A stretch of 64,000 nucleotides of DNA from Eledone cirrhosa. Its lineage: Eukaryota. The stretch covers positions 199,702,001 to 199,766,000 of the forward strand of contig OZ024741.1 in the NCBI GenBank assembly GCA_964016885.1, read 5' to 3'. The stretch's first letter is position 1. Each line of letters opens with the position of its first letter. The position numbers and the translations under genes are program-made. This document shows positions 38,326 to 50,417 of this stretch, in pieces. The notes under the pieces were generated by a model. It ran no database searches, was not told the origin of the DNA, and saw nothing but the letters and a program-made list of their open reading frames with translations.

Positions 38326-39109
38326 GGTTAGAATCTCATCAAAGGTGTTGTGTTGGGTTGTTTCAATCAGGCTTCTACTTATTATTGGTTTATATCCCGT
38401 GTTTGGCTAATTGTGTGTTGGTGGGGTCACCATTTTTTAGAGAATAAACATCATCACATCATAATCATCAGCGTTTAACATTTATTTTTCATTCTAGAAT
38501 GGGCTAGACAAGTTGTCCCACTGTAAGTTATGTCAGCTCAGGTGACCATGTTTTGTTCATACAAAACTGATTCTGGCTTGGTTTCTACAGCTGGATGCCC
38601 TTCCTAACACCAACCACACTTACAGCGCGGATTTAGGTGATTTTTATTGTGGCACCAAAATGACTAACTGGTTGGACTAAGTACTTTTCATTGTGTCACC
38701 AGCATAACCACCTTACATGCTAGACTAGGTGCTTTTTGTTGTGTCTCCAACACGACCACTTTATTGGGTGGACTGAGTGTTTTTTGTCATGTCACCAGCA
38801 TGACCAACTGACAGGTTGGACTGGGTACTTTTTTCTGCATGACAGAATAAACATTATATTAAATAAACCACAGAACAAAATATATCAATGTGAGTTCATA
38901 TCATTTGCTAGCCAAAAATGTAGTTTTCCATTTTCATACACTTGTATACACACAAACATACTTGCAGTAGCAGAAAACCAGCCAAAGAGCAGTATTTCTG
39001 CTAGTTAAAGAATATAAAATGCCACAATTAGGAACAGGACATAAAATGTTTTTATATCTTACTGATGAATATTTTAAATTAATATTTTTGCCCTTTCAAT
39101 TAATTCTAG

Positions 39110-39240
39110 CTCGATTTAATGCGATGAAGTCTTCTACTGACACATATTACATATTTGTAATAGAAGATACTACAAGGAGTTTAGTAATTGGCTGTGCTAC
39201 TCTTGTGATTGAACAGAAATTTATACACAGCGCTTCAAGT
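39110..39240 (+). CDS. GNPNAT1: GNPNAT1 coding exon (ARFNAMKSSTDTYYIFVIED...ATLVIEQKFIHSASS)
   Basis: ctAG acceptor and GTAAGT donor. 131 nt, phase 1 to 0. Contains the diagnostic ATL.IE.KFIH motif. Confidence 0.96.
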
Positions 39241-39443
39241 GTAAGTATAATCAATTCCAATTTTTCTTGGAAAATACAGCTTGTAGTTTTCAGTAATATT
39301 ACTGCACATTTATTTATTTACCTCTTGATAACTTACTACTTAACATACTCTACTTAATATATTCTACTTAACAATTCACTCTAATTAAAAAATAATTACT
39401 AAAAATAATCAATAATATTAGTGATATTTTAATAAACCCAACT

Positions 39444-39710
39444 CAGTGGTTCCCAACGTTTTGTGCACCACTCCCCACCTCAACATCTCAAAAATTGTTA
39501 TACCCCACACCCATATGAAAACAACAATGACCAACTGCAAAGTGTAAACAAATTGCCAGATGCACAATAACATGAGTGGGGGAGGTGTGAAAGGAGTTTC
39601 TGACAGTAATGTGTACCAAATTTGCTTTGGTGTAAAAGTAATAAGGTAAAACATGAAGTCTATTCTCATTAACTTTATTTTCAAATTATACCCCCCGTTG
39701 GGAATCACTG
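39444..39710. mobile_element. hAT-family MITE
   Basis: TIRs CAGTGGTTCCCAACG...CGTTGGGAATCACTG with an 8-bp TSD ACCCAACT/ACCTAACT. Confidence 0.88.
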
Positions 39711-41059
39711 ACCTAACTATATAGTAAATGATCACTTAACACATGCTTATACAATCATCAGTCAATTTGAGATGTGAACTATAACTTACTATTAAACATA
39801 GTTGACTTAACAATTCACTTTTATTTTTATTTCTAAATAATGGTCACAAATGGGAAAAAAATAATGAACAATAAACAATAATAGTAGTAATATTTTAGTA
39901 AACTAAATTATAAATGATCATTTAATACATGTTTGTAAAATCTTTTGTCAATTTATGATTTTTTGTAGTCTAGAATATAACTCACTACTTACCACACCCT
40001 TCATTCACTTCATTCTTACTTATACTTACAAATAAAAATAATTATTATTTTAATAAACCTAACTATAGATGATTACTTAATACATGTTTGTATATTTATT
40101 CATCAGTTTGTGATTTTTGCGGGGATCTAAAATATCCTATTTGATATTATTGGCCCTACTGACCTGAAGAGAAAAATTAAGAGTGGTGATCTTCTTATTT
40201 TTCCCCTATGTCATTAGTCATGTAAGTGTAGTGAAATTACTGCATCAAAATTAAAGCTTAGTTATATATTTGTTTTGTTAATAGTTTATCTTCTACTGTC
40301 TGGCATATAAGCTACCTGTAGAAAATAATTGTTTCTACTTTAGGCACAAGGCCAGCAATTACCCAGTGCATTACTGGTACTTTATTTTATTGACCCCGTA
40401 AGGATGAAAGTCAACCTTGGCGGGATTTGAACTCAGATCGTAAAGGGACATAACTATGCTGGAAAGAATGGCGTCCGACCCTCTACCGATACTGCCAATC
40501 CACTGCCCTACCTGTAGAAATAATAGTCCCTCGATATCAGTATTTTCAATAATTACAAAAATATTGTTTGATAGGCAAAAGAAAGAAAATAAACTTTTAG
40601 AATATCAAACAAAATAAAAATTGACACCCTTACTATAATCTTCATCATCATGATTATCATCATTTAATATCTATTTTCTATGCGTGCATGGGTTAGACAG
40701 GTTGTAATGTGGGAATAGAATGGTCAGGTGACCATCTCTTGCCTGTGCACTCCGTTTTTTGCTTGGTTTCTATGACTGAATGCCCTTTCTAATGCCAACC
40801 ACTTTACAGTATATACTGGGAGCATTTTATCATGACTCTAGCACTACCACCTTACAGTGTGGACTGGCACCAGCACTGTCATCTTTTTATGATGGCACCA
40901 ATACTTCCACTTTACAGAATAGGCTGGGTGCTTTTTTACCATGGCACCAGTACTTCCACTTTCAGAGTGGGCTAGGTGCATTTTTATTGTGGGACCTGCA
41001 CCTCTACTTTATAGAGTGGATTGAGTGCATTTTTGTCATGGCACCAGCATTAATTAATA

Positions 41060-41522
41060 CTAGCAGAAAAACCACCGTTCGGGTGGTTTTCTGCTAGCAT
41101 GTGTAGTGTGTATATTGATATTATACGCAGGTATATATACATGTAGATATGATACATCAAATAAAATCATAATTGACAATATATAATACATAGAAATTGA
41201 ACGAAGACTTATGTAATCAGTAACGTAATCCATGATACATTAAAAAAGACGATATTATATATAAACTGCATTAGGAGAAAATTAGTGACAGAAAATTAGT
41301 ATGTTTATTTAAGCGGTCGCCACCGGATGTGTTGACATTTCAGAAATTTTAAAGAAGTGAATCTTTAAATAAACAAAATATATTTAATGAACAGCCATGG
41401 AATTTAGTAGATAAATTATGTAATATTCATTCATTATTCAGTAATCCAACTTATTTTACAAACGGGATTAAAAAAAAAATAAACTACGCAATCGCGCAGA
41501 CCTTCCTTTATTATAGTTTAGA
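41060..41522 (-). mobile_element. Non-autonomous Helitron
   Basis: The minus strand starts A|TC and ends with a strong hairpin plus CTAG|T (41060-41097). No TSD. Confidence 0.65.
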
Positions 41523-41907
41523 TATATATTTCAACAACCTGTGTCATCTCTCAGATATAATGTATTCATTTTAGTAGATAAGATTCTGAATTCTTTTATG
41601 GTTTCAGTCTTATTATCTTCATAATTAGAATATCTTTTTATCTAATGATTTACCATTTCTTACTTCTTAGTTCTTTTAGTTTTCAACTTTCTGGTATATT
41701 GAAACATTCATAAAAGTCTCTCTCAGTTTCCAAATTTAATCTACACTTTGCATGATTCTCATGAGTGGGAGTGTTTAACTCTATTTAAAATACAAATTTA
41801 TCCTTCATCAGTTTCAATAATGAGGGTTTCAGTTGTTCCATTGGCACTATCTACTTATTGGATTATAGTGTAATCCACTGAGTAATCCACAATCACTTGT
41901 ACCTTAA

Positions 41908-42122
41908 CCCAGTTGTCACCATAGTTCTAATGAAATACATTGTATTTGAATAAGTTATTGAAGAATTTGGGAGGATTTACTAGAATCATTCATTGTTTCA
42001 TTAAGGTGGCATTTGTAGCATAACTTAACAAAGGTAAAATTATATTGAAAGGGTTATTTAAATAAGAACACTTTTAAATGGATAGTTTTGTTTCTATAAA
42101 CTAGAAGCAGCTTTTGGCAGGG
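41908..42122. mobile_element. piggyBac-type MITE with its 3' ~70 bp duplicated in tandem (to about 42200)
   Basis: TTAA|CCC...GGG|TTAA boundaries. Confidence 0.6.
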
Positions 42123-42421
42123 TTAACAAAATAGGAACACTTTTAGATGGATGGTTTTGTTTCTATAAACTAGAGGCAGTTTTTGGCAGGATTAACAAAA
42201 TTCTCAAGCAGGATTGGTGTGACAATGTGTAACGAGGCTGGTCATTTGAATTACAAGTACAGTCTATCCAACGAAATTCCACACAGTTTCTTTCTGTCAA
42301 TCAAATTTCAACCACATGCTTAGGGTTGACCAAAGGCTATAGTAAAAGATATTTACCTAAGATGGCTTAGAAGAATTTTGAGTAAGCTGGAGAGATCAGT
42401 TGAAACATTGAGTAATCAATG

Positions 42422-43099
42422 TGTAATGGAATATTATGTGTGGTTGTAACGATGTGGATGGATGAATGTAACTGTTGGTATGGTGGTTTCGATGTAAAGA
42501 AAAATACCAGGATTGTGTTGTTACAAAGTTTATTTTATTATAACAATATTCAATTTGAATATTGAATGATAAAATCAATAACACAAAATATTCATACAAT
42601 AATTTGGTGGCTCTTCGAGTCACGTAAATTCAAGAATCACAGAATACGATTATAATATAATTTGTACTGTATCAGAAAGGTACAATATGTGTAAACAGAA
42701 ATGAATGGTGAGTTCAGTATATTTACTTATTTGTATTGCAGGAGTCAGCGATCAGCCAGGAAGGTGAGAATAAGTGGCAGACTGGTTTTTCGTGACGAGA
42801 GCTTGTAAATGCGACTTTCTGTCGGGCGTGAACAACCCCTGTATTTATAAGAGGTGAAGTTAGAAGGATAGATATATCCTCTGAACTTTGGTTAGTCTCC
42901 CAAGGGATTAGTTTGCCAAGCGTAAACAAATCAGAAAGATGAATATATCCTCTGACCTATTTTCTGTCAGGCGTAAACACCTCTGACCTGTGTTTAGCCT
43001 CTCCCAAGGGGTTAGTCTCTTGAGCGTAAACTAGTTACCACGGCTTGTCCCAGAGGCGGGAAAGCCCAGATTCGGTTTCAAATCTTTGCCGCCGTTATA
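42422..43099 (-). repeat. Gypsy 3' LTR
   Basis: Direct repeat of 46148-46826, with about 11 differences by eye. Confidence 0.96.
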
Positions 43100-46000
43100 G
43101 TACCCCCCTTCCAGTGAGAAAACTAAGATTGAACGATCTAGGTGCATGTGATATGAAGATAGTTATGACTAGGTGTGTTGTTGAAGAAAATCAGTAAAAA
43201 TAAAAAACACATGAAAGTCATTTACAAACAGGAGGAATGAAAGAAAACATGCAAAGCAAAAGAAATTTACATGCAGGAAAATGTACTGTGATGTTACATA
43301 AAATTGAAAATGTTCGTACGAAAAGTTTGTTGATTAAAAGTTCGTTCATTTCATAGAAACGGAAAAATGTTCTTTTGTCTGTTCTTTTGATGTGGGTGAT
43401 GCACAGAGTTAATTGATTTGTGTGTAGTAATAGTTCATGACCACAGAAATTGGCCGATTCGTTGAAATGTACAAATTAGCCGAAATGTCGACCAGATGCA
43501 TAATTTGTACCTACCTGATAAACTTGTACGTATCGCGTGGGCCATCGGACTGTTCTTCCAGATTTGGTGTGTCGGGGTTGTGCAGAATTTGTCGTGTTTG
43601 TGTCGGGCAAAGTTGTTGGTGAGTCTGCTGGAGAAACGGTGGGTACTGGTGGCAATTCCTGTTCTATGAACGCTTTTTTTAAACGATCAATGGAGATGGT
43701 ATTTCGTTTCCCGTTCAAGTCGAGGACGAAATACTTAGGGCGTTCCTGTATCACCTTATAGGGCCTGGAATACGGCGGACGAAGTTGCGATGGAATACCG
43801 TCATTTCTAACGAAAACATGCGTCCATGTATCGATGTCTTTTGGTATGTGTGAAGTAACGTGCTGTTGTTTAGGGGCTGAAGGAGACAGATGCGACATCG
43901 ATGACCGTAAACGGTGCACATATTTTGTTGGGTCTGGAAGTTCTTGTGGCGAAACAGGAGCGATCATTTGTCCGGGTAGAGTGAGTACGGTGCCATACAA
44001 CATTTCAGCTGGAGAATGTCCGACTCCCTCCTTAACAGTGGAACGAATACCAAGAAGAATGAGTGGGAGGTATTCGAACCAGTTAGTGGAGTCTTCGTAA
44101 GCCTTGATAGATGCTTTTAGCTGGCGGTGGAAACGTTCTACCATGTCGTTAGCGGCAGGGTGATACGCTGTTGTACGGATGTGTTTGCACCCGAGCAGAC
44201 GAGTCAGCTCGGTAAAGAGGTGCGAATCGAACTGACGTCCTCTATCCGTAGTGATGGTCGTGGGTGTGCCGAAACGCGAAACCCAGTGAAACACTAGCGT
44301 TTTGGCGACAGTTTCCGCAGTAATATCCGTCAGAGGAAAAGCTTCTGGCCAGCGAGAAAATCGGTCGACACAGGTGAGAAGATGAGTGTAGTTGTGAGAA
44401 GGAGGCAAAGGTCCAACGATGTCTATATGCACATGTTGGACCCATGCATCAGGTGTTGCGAAAGAACCGCTTTGATGTGCCGGTGAATTTTCGCCTTCTG
44501 GCACGCGATACAGTTCCTAGCCCATTCGCGGGTGTCCTTGTTGATGTTGGGCCACACAAAGCGGGCAACCATCAGTTTCTGCGTGGCGCAGACGCCAGGA
44601 TGTGCCAGAGAATGCAGTGCCGAGAAAACATCGCGTCGATGTTTCCGGGGCACGTATGGGCGCTGGTGGCCTGTGGAGATGTCGCACCAAATATAACCCG
44701 AAGAAGAGGGCAGCGGGCATTCCTGCAATTTCAAGGATGATTTCCGGAGTTGCAGCAGTTCCTCGTCATTCTGTTGATCCGCTGCAATCCTCTGGAGGTC
44801 GATAGTGGCAGTGGTGTGGATTGCGTTAAGCTCCATGTGCGACAGGGCATCAGCTGCTGAGTTGGTGGCACCCTTAATGTACCGAATATCAGTAGTGTAC
44901 TGAGAAATGAAGTCCAGATGTCGGACCTCCCTGGGTGAGTGTCGGTCAGGCCTGGCATTGAACGCGTACACTAGTGGTTTGTGGTCGGTGTATATAGAGA
45001 ACACACGACCTTCTAGCATGTGTCGAAAATGCTTGACAGCAAGGTATGCTGCCAATAATTCACGACTGAATGTGCTGTACTTAATTTCGGTGGGTTTTAA
45101 TCACTTAGAGAAAAAAGATACAGGTCGCCAAATATCGCCAGAGAGTTGTTGAAGCACACCTCCAACTCCGAAATCGGATGCATCAGTCAATAAATACATT
45201 GGGGCGTCAGATTTGGGGTAACTCAGTATTGTAGCCTCGGACAACATTTTCTTCAACTCAGCGAAAGCGGTACATTCTTTTTCGCTGAGATTGATGTTTG
45301 CGTTTTTGGTTGTACGCTGCCGCAGCAAATCTGTGAGTGGTTGGGCTGTCTCTGCACAGTGGGGTATAAATCTTCTGTAGAAGTTTACCAGGCCAAGAAA
45401 TTCTCGCAGTTTGCGGAAAGATGTAGGTTGTGGAAAATCAATGATGGATTTGACTTTCTCCTTAAGTGGGCGAATACCATCTTTGTCAATAATGTGTCCC
45501 AGAAAATGAAGGGACACAACTCCAAACTCACATTTGCTGGGGTTGATAACAATTCCGTATTCACGCAAACGTGTGAATAGGAGATCCAGGTGTTTCTCAT
45601 GGTCTTCATCGGAGCTGCTGGCCACCAGTAAGTCGTCAATGTATGCGTATACAAAAGGTAGACCTCTGGTGACTATCGATGAATCGATGGAATGTCTGCG
45701 CTGCATTTCGCAAACCAAAAGGCATACGCAGAAATTCGAACATTCCAAAGGGTGTTGTGACTGCGGTCTTTGGAATATCTGCAGGCTCAACGGGTATCTG
45801 ATTGTAAGCTCGCACAAGATCGATCTTCGAAAATATGCGAACCCCGTGCAGCGAGCTAGAGAAGTCCTGTAGATGAGGCACTGGATAAGAATCAGTGCAC
45901 GGTAGTCGCCACAGATTCGCCAGTCGTTCGACGACTGCTTGGGTACACAGCGTATGGGTGAGGACCAGTTGCTGCTGGACAGACGTATAATGCCGAGATC

Positions 46001-46147
46001 CAGCATGTGCTGAAATTCTTGTTTGACGGACTTCAGCCGGTCTGGTGGCCCCTTATAACAAAATACTGGTGTGTATGAATATAACAAGAGACGTGGTTTG
46101 TGGTGAATGATCAGAAGGTTGTGTGTCTGTTTTACGGGGTCACCAGT

Positions 46148-46826
46148 TGTAACGGAATATTATGTGTGGTTGTAACGATGTGGATGGATGAATGTAACTC
46201 TTGGTATGGTGGTTTCGATGTAAAGAAAAATACCAGGATTGTGTTGTTACAAAGTTTATTTTATTATAACAATATTCAATTTGAATATTGAATGATAAAA
46301 TCAATAACACAAAATATTCATACAATAATTTGGTGGCTCTTCGAGTCACGTAAATTCAAGAATCACAGAATACGATTATAATATAATTTGTACTGTATCA
46401 GAAAGGTACAATATGTGTAAACAGAAATGAATGGTGAGTTCAGTATATTTACTTATTTGTATTGCAGGAGTCAGCAATCAGCCAGGAAGGTGAGAATAAG
46501 TGGCAGACTGGTTTTTCGTGACGAGAGCTTGTAAATGCGACTTTCTGTCGGGGCGTGAACAACCCCTGTATTTATAAGAGTTGAAGTTAGAAGGATAGAT
46601 ATATCCTCTGAACTTTGGTTAGTCTCCCAAGGGGTTAGTTTGCCAAGCGTAAACAAATCAGAAAGATGGATATATCCTCTGACCTATTTTCTGTCAGGCG
46701 TAAACACCTCTGACCTGTGTTTAGCTTCTCCCAAGGGGTTAGTCTCTTGAGCGTAAACTAGTTACCACGGCTTGTCCCAGAGGCGGGAAAGCTCAGATTC
46801 GGTTTCGAATCTTCGCCGCCGTTATA
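46148..46826 (-). repeat. Gypsy 5' LTR
   Basis: Followed on the minus strand by a PBS complementary to the 3' end of tRNA-Trp. Confidence 0.96.
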
Positions 46827-46924
46827 AATGTTTGGATTATTACAAAATCACATTCCAAAGAACATGCTACCTAACAGTTACCTATTTAGATACTAAGTAC
46901 TAATCAAGGTCACTCATTCCTGAG

Positions 46925-47160
46925 AGGGGCATGAGGGTAATTTCCTTAGATACGCCATCCCGAGAGTATGTATAAATATTTGAGGGGTGTGAGGTTAAAG
47001 TCCTCAGACATGCCTTCCAGAAAGTACGTTTAGATATTTCAAGGGCGTGAGGGTAAAGTCCCCAAATACACCTTCCTAAGAGTATGTATAGATATTTCAA
47101 AGGCATGAGGGAAAAATACTCAAATACATCATCCTAAAAGTAAGTATGGATATTTCTAAT
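46925..47160. repeat. Degenerate tandem repeat of about 58 bp, 4 copies
   Basis: GGGC.TGAGGGTAAA...ATAC.CC.TCC..AGAGTATGTATAGATATTTC recurs at about 46927, 46984, 47043 and 47101. Confidence 0.8.
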
Positions 47161-47903
47161 AAACTTACCAAAATATTGCATGTCAGTATTATTGCAAACA
47201 ATATTTTATATATTATGTATAGGTATTTCTTGAAACACAAAGTCTATTAATGTATTGTTTCTGTGATGTTGTATCATAAATAAATTAGTTATATATATAT
47301 ATTTTTTTTTTTTCTATAAATTATTGTTGGCTGTTTCGAGTTTGAGGAAAATGTTTATTTATCAACATTTAATTTAAACTATGTCTCATCATCTTAAATT
47401 GATGTGAATGCTGGAGGGAGATGAAGCAGTCCTGATCCATTGAATATATAACATTAACTTCTGAGAGCATATGGGAGCTGAGAGAGCTGTTAGTTCTTAA
47501 TTGCATTGGTATATGCGTTCCTATTATGGGATTGATACTGAATAGTTGGGTGTAAAAATACTGTGTAATGTAAGTAGGGAGTACTCTTGGTAGAAGACGA
47601 AGGAAAACATGAAACATGGTGAAGTTTAAAGACAATGACAATTGGCAAAAAGTTGTATGGCAAATTCTACAGTGCATGCCTTCATTGAAAAACAGAAGTT
47701 AAAACAAGATTGCCATCAAATGATTTACAATATACACTACTTTGAAGTAATCAACTATTGATGTAAGTTTATGTGTATTGAAAATTATGTTGTAGAAACA
47801 TAATTTATTTTAGGTAGCCTAATCTCACCCATTATCCAACCTCTTTTACAATAGTTTTTAAAATGTTATATCTATTATAAACAATTTTCTTGTTTGGTTT
47901 TAG

Positions 47904-47965
47904 CGTGGAAGAATAGAAGATGTAGTTGTTAGTAATGAATATCGGGGACAAAAACTAGGTAAATT
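47904..47965 (+). CDS. GNPNAT1: GNPNAT1 coding exon (RGRIEDVVVSNEYRGQKLGK), acetyl-CoA-binding motif A
   Basis: ttttAG acceptor and GTAAGT donor. 62 nt, phase 0 to 2. Contains the GNAT RG..LGK motif. Confidence 0.96.
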
Positions 47966-48097
47966 GTAAGTATGATCAATGAAATTTCTTTGTGCTTTTT
48001 ATTTCTTTAACTTTGTAAAAGAATAGTTACATCATGTTTTTCATTAAATCATTATGATGTTACATTCTACTGTTGAAAAATCCAGAAAACTTCACCT

Positions 48098-48156
<59 letters not shown>

Positions 48157-48191
48157 CTATATCTATATCTCTCTCTCTCTATATATATATA

Positions 48192-48234
<43 letters not shown>

Positions 48235-48260
48235 GATATTAAATAAATGGAAACTATATT

Positions 48261-48326
48261 TATTTCATTATATATATTTCAGGGATATCATATTAAAAAT
48301 ATGTTATGCCTTCTTCAGACAAAATA
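48261..48326 (-). ncRNA. Minimal type-I hammerhead ribozyme (family 2)
   Basis: Exact reverse complement of 48534-48599. Confidence 0.75.
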
Positions 48327-48533
48327 CAATATAAACAGTCTTATAAATAGATAGATTCGACATACCTTTCAACTTCGACTTCTATTTGAAAAGTTGATTT
48401 GGTAGTGAAAAAATATTAGGGACAGTTATATTTTTTCACTACCAAATTTTTTCACTACCAAATCAACTTTTCAAATAGAAGTCGAAGTTGAAAGGTATGT
48501 CGAATCTATCTATTTATAAGACTGTTTATATTG

Positions 48534-48599
48534 TATTTTGTCTGAAGAAGGCATAACATATTTTTAATATGATATCCCTGAAATATATATAATGAAATA
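48534..48599 (+). ncRNA. Minimal type-I hammerhead ribozyme (family 2)
   Basis: TATTTTGT-CTGAAGA-AGGcATAaCATATTtttAATATGaTATcCCT-GAAA-TATATATA-ATGAAATA. Stem I pairs with two G-U. Predicted cleavage between 48591 and 48592. Confidence 0.78.
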
Positions 48600-48744
48600 A
48601 ATATGGTTTTATAAATATAGTTTCCATTTATTTAATATCGTAAATATACTCCAAATACTTGTTGAGTGCTTTTATATCAGTTATAAATATTTACTCGTTG
48701 TTAACCCAACAATTTAAATAAAACTTTGCATATATATATATATA

Positions 48745-48994
48745 TTCAAAAACAAATGACATATATATAAAAAATATATCAAACATTAATAGGAGATAAT
48801 TTGCAAAATTTAACAAAAATATTAACACATATACCTGACATTCAATAATTATTGAATGTCAGGTATTTATGTTTAATATGTTTGTTAAATTTAAATATAC
48901 CACCTTTTTGTAATTATATGTTATTACATTCTTTGCAAATTATCTACTGTTAAATGTTTGATATATTTTTATATATATGTCATTCGTTTTTGAA
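48745..48994. repeat. AT-rich fold-back element or MITE (imperfect palindrome)
   Basis: Centre TACCTGACATTCAATA-AT-TATTGAATGTCAGGTA. Ends TTCAAAAAC.AATGACATATAT / ATATATGTCATT.GTTTTTGAA. Confidence 0.8.
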
Positions 48995-49084
48995 TTTACA
49001 ATAAGAGCTCGGAATTATTTCTTTGGGCTTCCTTTACAGGTGATATGGCATCATCATCATTTTACGTCTGCTTTTCCCTGCTTG

Positions 49085-49085
<1 letters not shown>

Positions 49086-49115
<30 letters not shown>

Positions 49116-50070
49116 GTTTAACGTCCATCTTCCACGCTTGCATGGGTTTGGACAGGAATTTTCCCACTTGAGGCAAGATTGCTTGTCTTGCTCGTATAGG
49201 ACTGTCTGGCGGGTTTTCTACAGCTGGATGCCCTTCCTAATACCAACCACGTTTACAGTGTGGACTGGGAGGTTTTTACCGTGTTACCTACACAGTGACA
49301 TTACAGCGTGGACTGTGCGTTTTTTTGTTGTGACTGTGTGTTTTTTTGTTGGACTGGATGTTGTGGTACCAACATAACTTTATATCGAAAGGGGTGGTGT
49401 GGATGGGGGGTGTATTTTTGTTAAGAGGTGCCTACTGACTGTAGGTTTCGCTTTGTACTTAGGCAAGGCAGGTCTTCTGTATTACTGTGTAGCGCCAAAG
49501 ATCTCGGTCCAGTGACATTGTCTTGGGGAGGTGTAAGTGTATGAGGTCGGAATTTATCAAGTCGTCCCATTTTTTTCTGGGTCTGCCTACTCCGTGGCTA
49601 CCGTCTATTTTCATCGCCCTGCACTTTTTTATACAGCTGTCGTCTTTCATGCGCATCACGTGACCATACCAACGTAGTCTTCTCTCGAGTAAACAACATC
49701 TCATTCCTCTTATTCCTAATTTCTCCCTTAGTTCATTTATGTTTTGCCATTCACGTATATTACTATTACACATCCAACGGAGCATGCAAGCTTCGTTCCT
49801 CTCCAGTCTGCGTATATCCTCTGCACACAATGCCCAAGTCTCACTGCCATGTAACATTGCTGTTCGTATGCAGGCATCATACAGCCTGCCTTTCATTTTT
49901 AGAGAGAACCCTTTAGTGGCCAATAGTGGTATAAGCTCTCTGAACTTTTTCCATCCCGTTCTGACTCTAGCTACTGTACTTTCAGAGCATCCTCCACCAC
50001 TGCTGATTTTGTCACCCAGGTGTCCACTATTTCTATAGAACCATCTGTGCAATGGAATGAGCTAGTATTC
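49086..50070 (-). mobile_element. 5'-truncated RTE LINE (family A), antisense in GNPNAT1 intron 4
   Basis: ORF 49459-50052 is nearly identical to the 3' part of 22589-23554. (CAT)n tail. Confidence 0.95.
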
Positions 50071-50223
50071 TAGTATTGCATGTATTTGTAATTGTCTCAG
50101 ACACATCTTTATTCATTTTAGTAATATATATATATAAAATTTTCTATACATTTTAATGAACATCAATTTAAGTAAAAATAGAGTTGTGAATATTTGAACT
50201 TTAAATATAAAATGCAGAAAAGA

Positions 50224-50417
50224 CATTTCTGCTGACGAATGTTTTAGTTGATTCAATCAACAGAACTGCCTGCTCATAAAATTAACATGTCACACTGAAT
50301 TTCCCTGAAAACTTTAAGGGTGCATGTGTCTTTAATATACTCAGCCACTTACACATTAATTTCATGAGCATGCAGTTCTGTTGATTGAATCAAATGGAAC
50401 ATTTGTCATTGGAAATG
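50224..50417. mobile_element. MITE with long terminal inverted repeats
   Basis: TTGATTCAATCAACAGAACTGC.TGCTCAT.AAATTAA / TTAATTTCATGAGCATGCAGTTCTGTTGATTGAATCAA. Confidence 0.75.

Larger units (their letters stand above)
42422..46826 (-). mobile_element. Ty3/Gypsy LTR retrotransposon, gag-protease deleted, pol frameshifted
   Basis: LTRs at 42422-43099 and 46148-46826, 4-bp TSD AATG, PBS TGGTGACCCCG and PPT GGAAGGGGGG. RT (YIDD), RNase H (TDAS, TDHKPL) and integrase ([27 protein letters not shown]) occur in Gypsy order. Confidence 0.97.
48232..48730. mobile_element. Non-coding palindromic PLE-like element (inverted pLTR pair) between (TA)n runs
   Basis: Arms 48232-48413 and 48447-48642 are near-perfect reverse complements, each containing a hammerhead. 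The right arm has a 3' tail. Confidence 0.75.
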
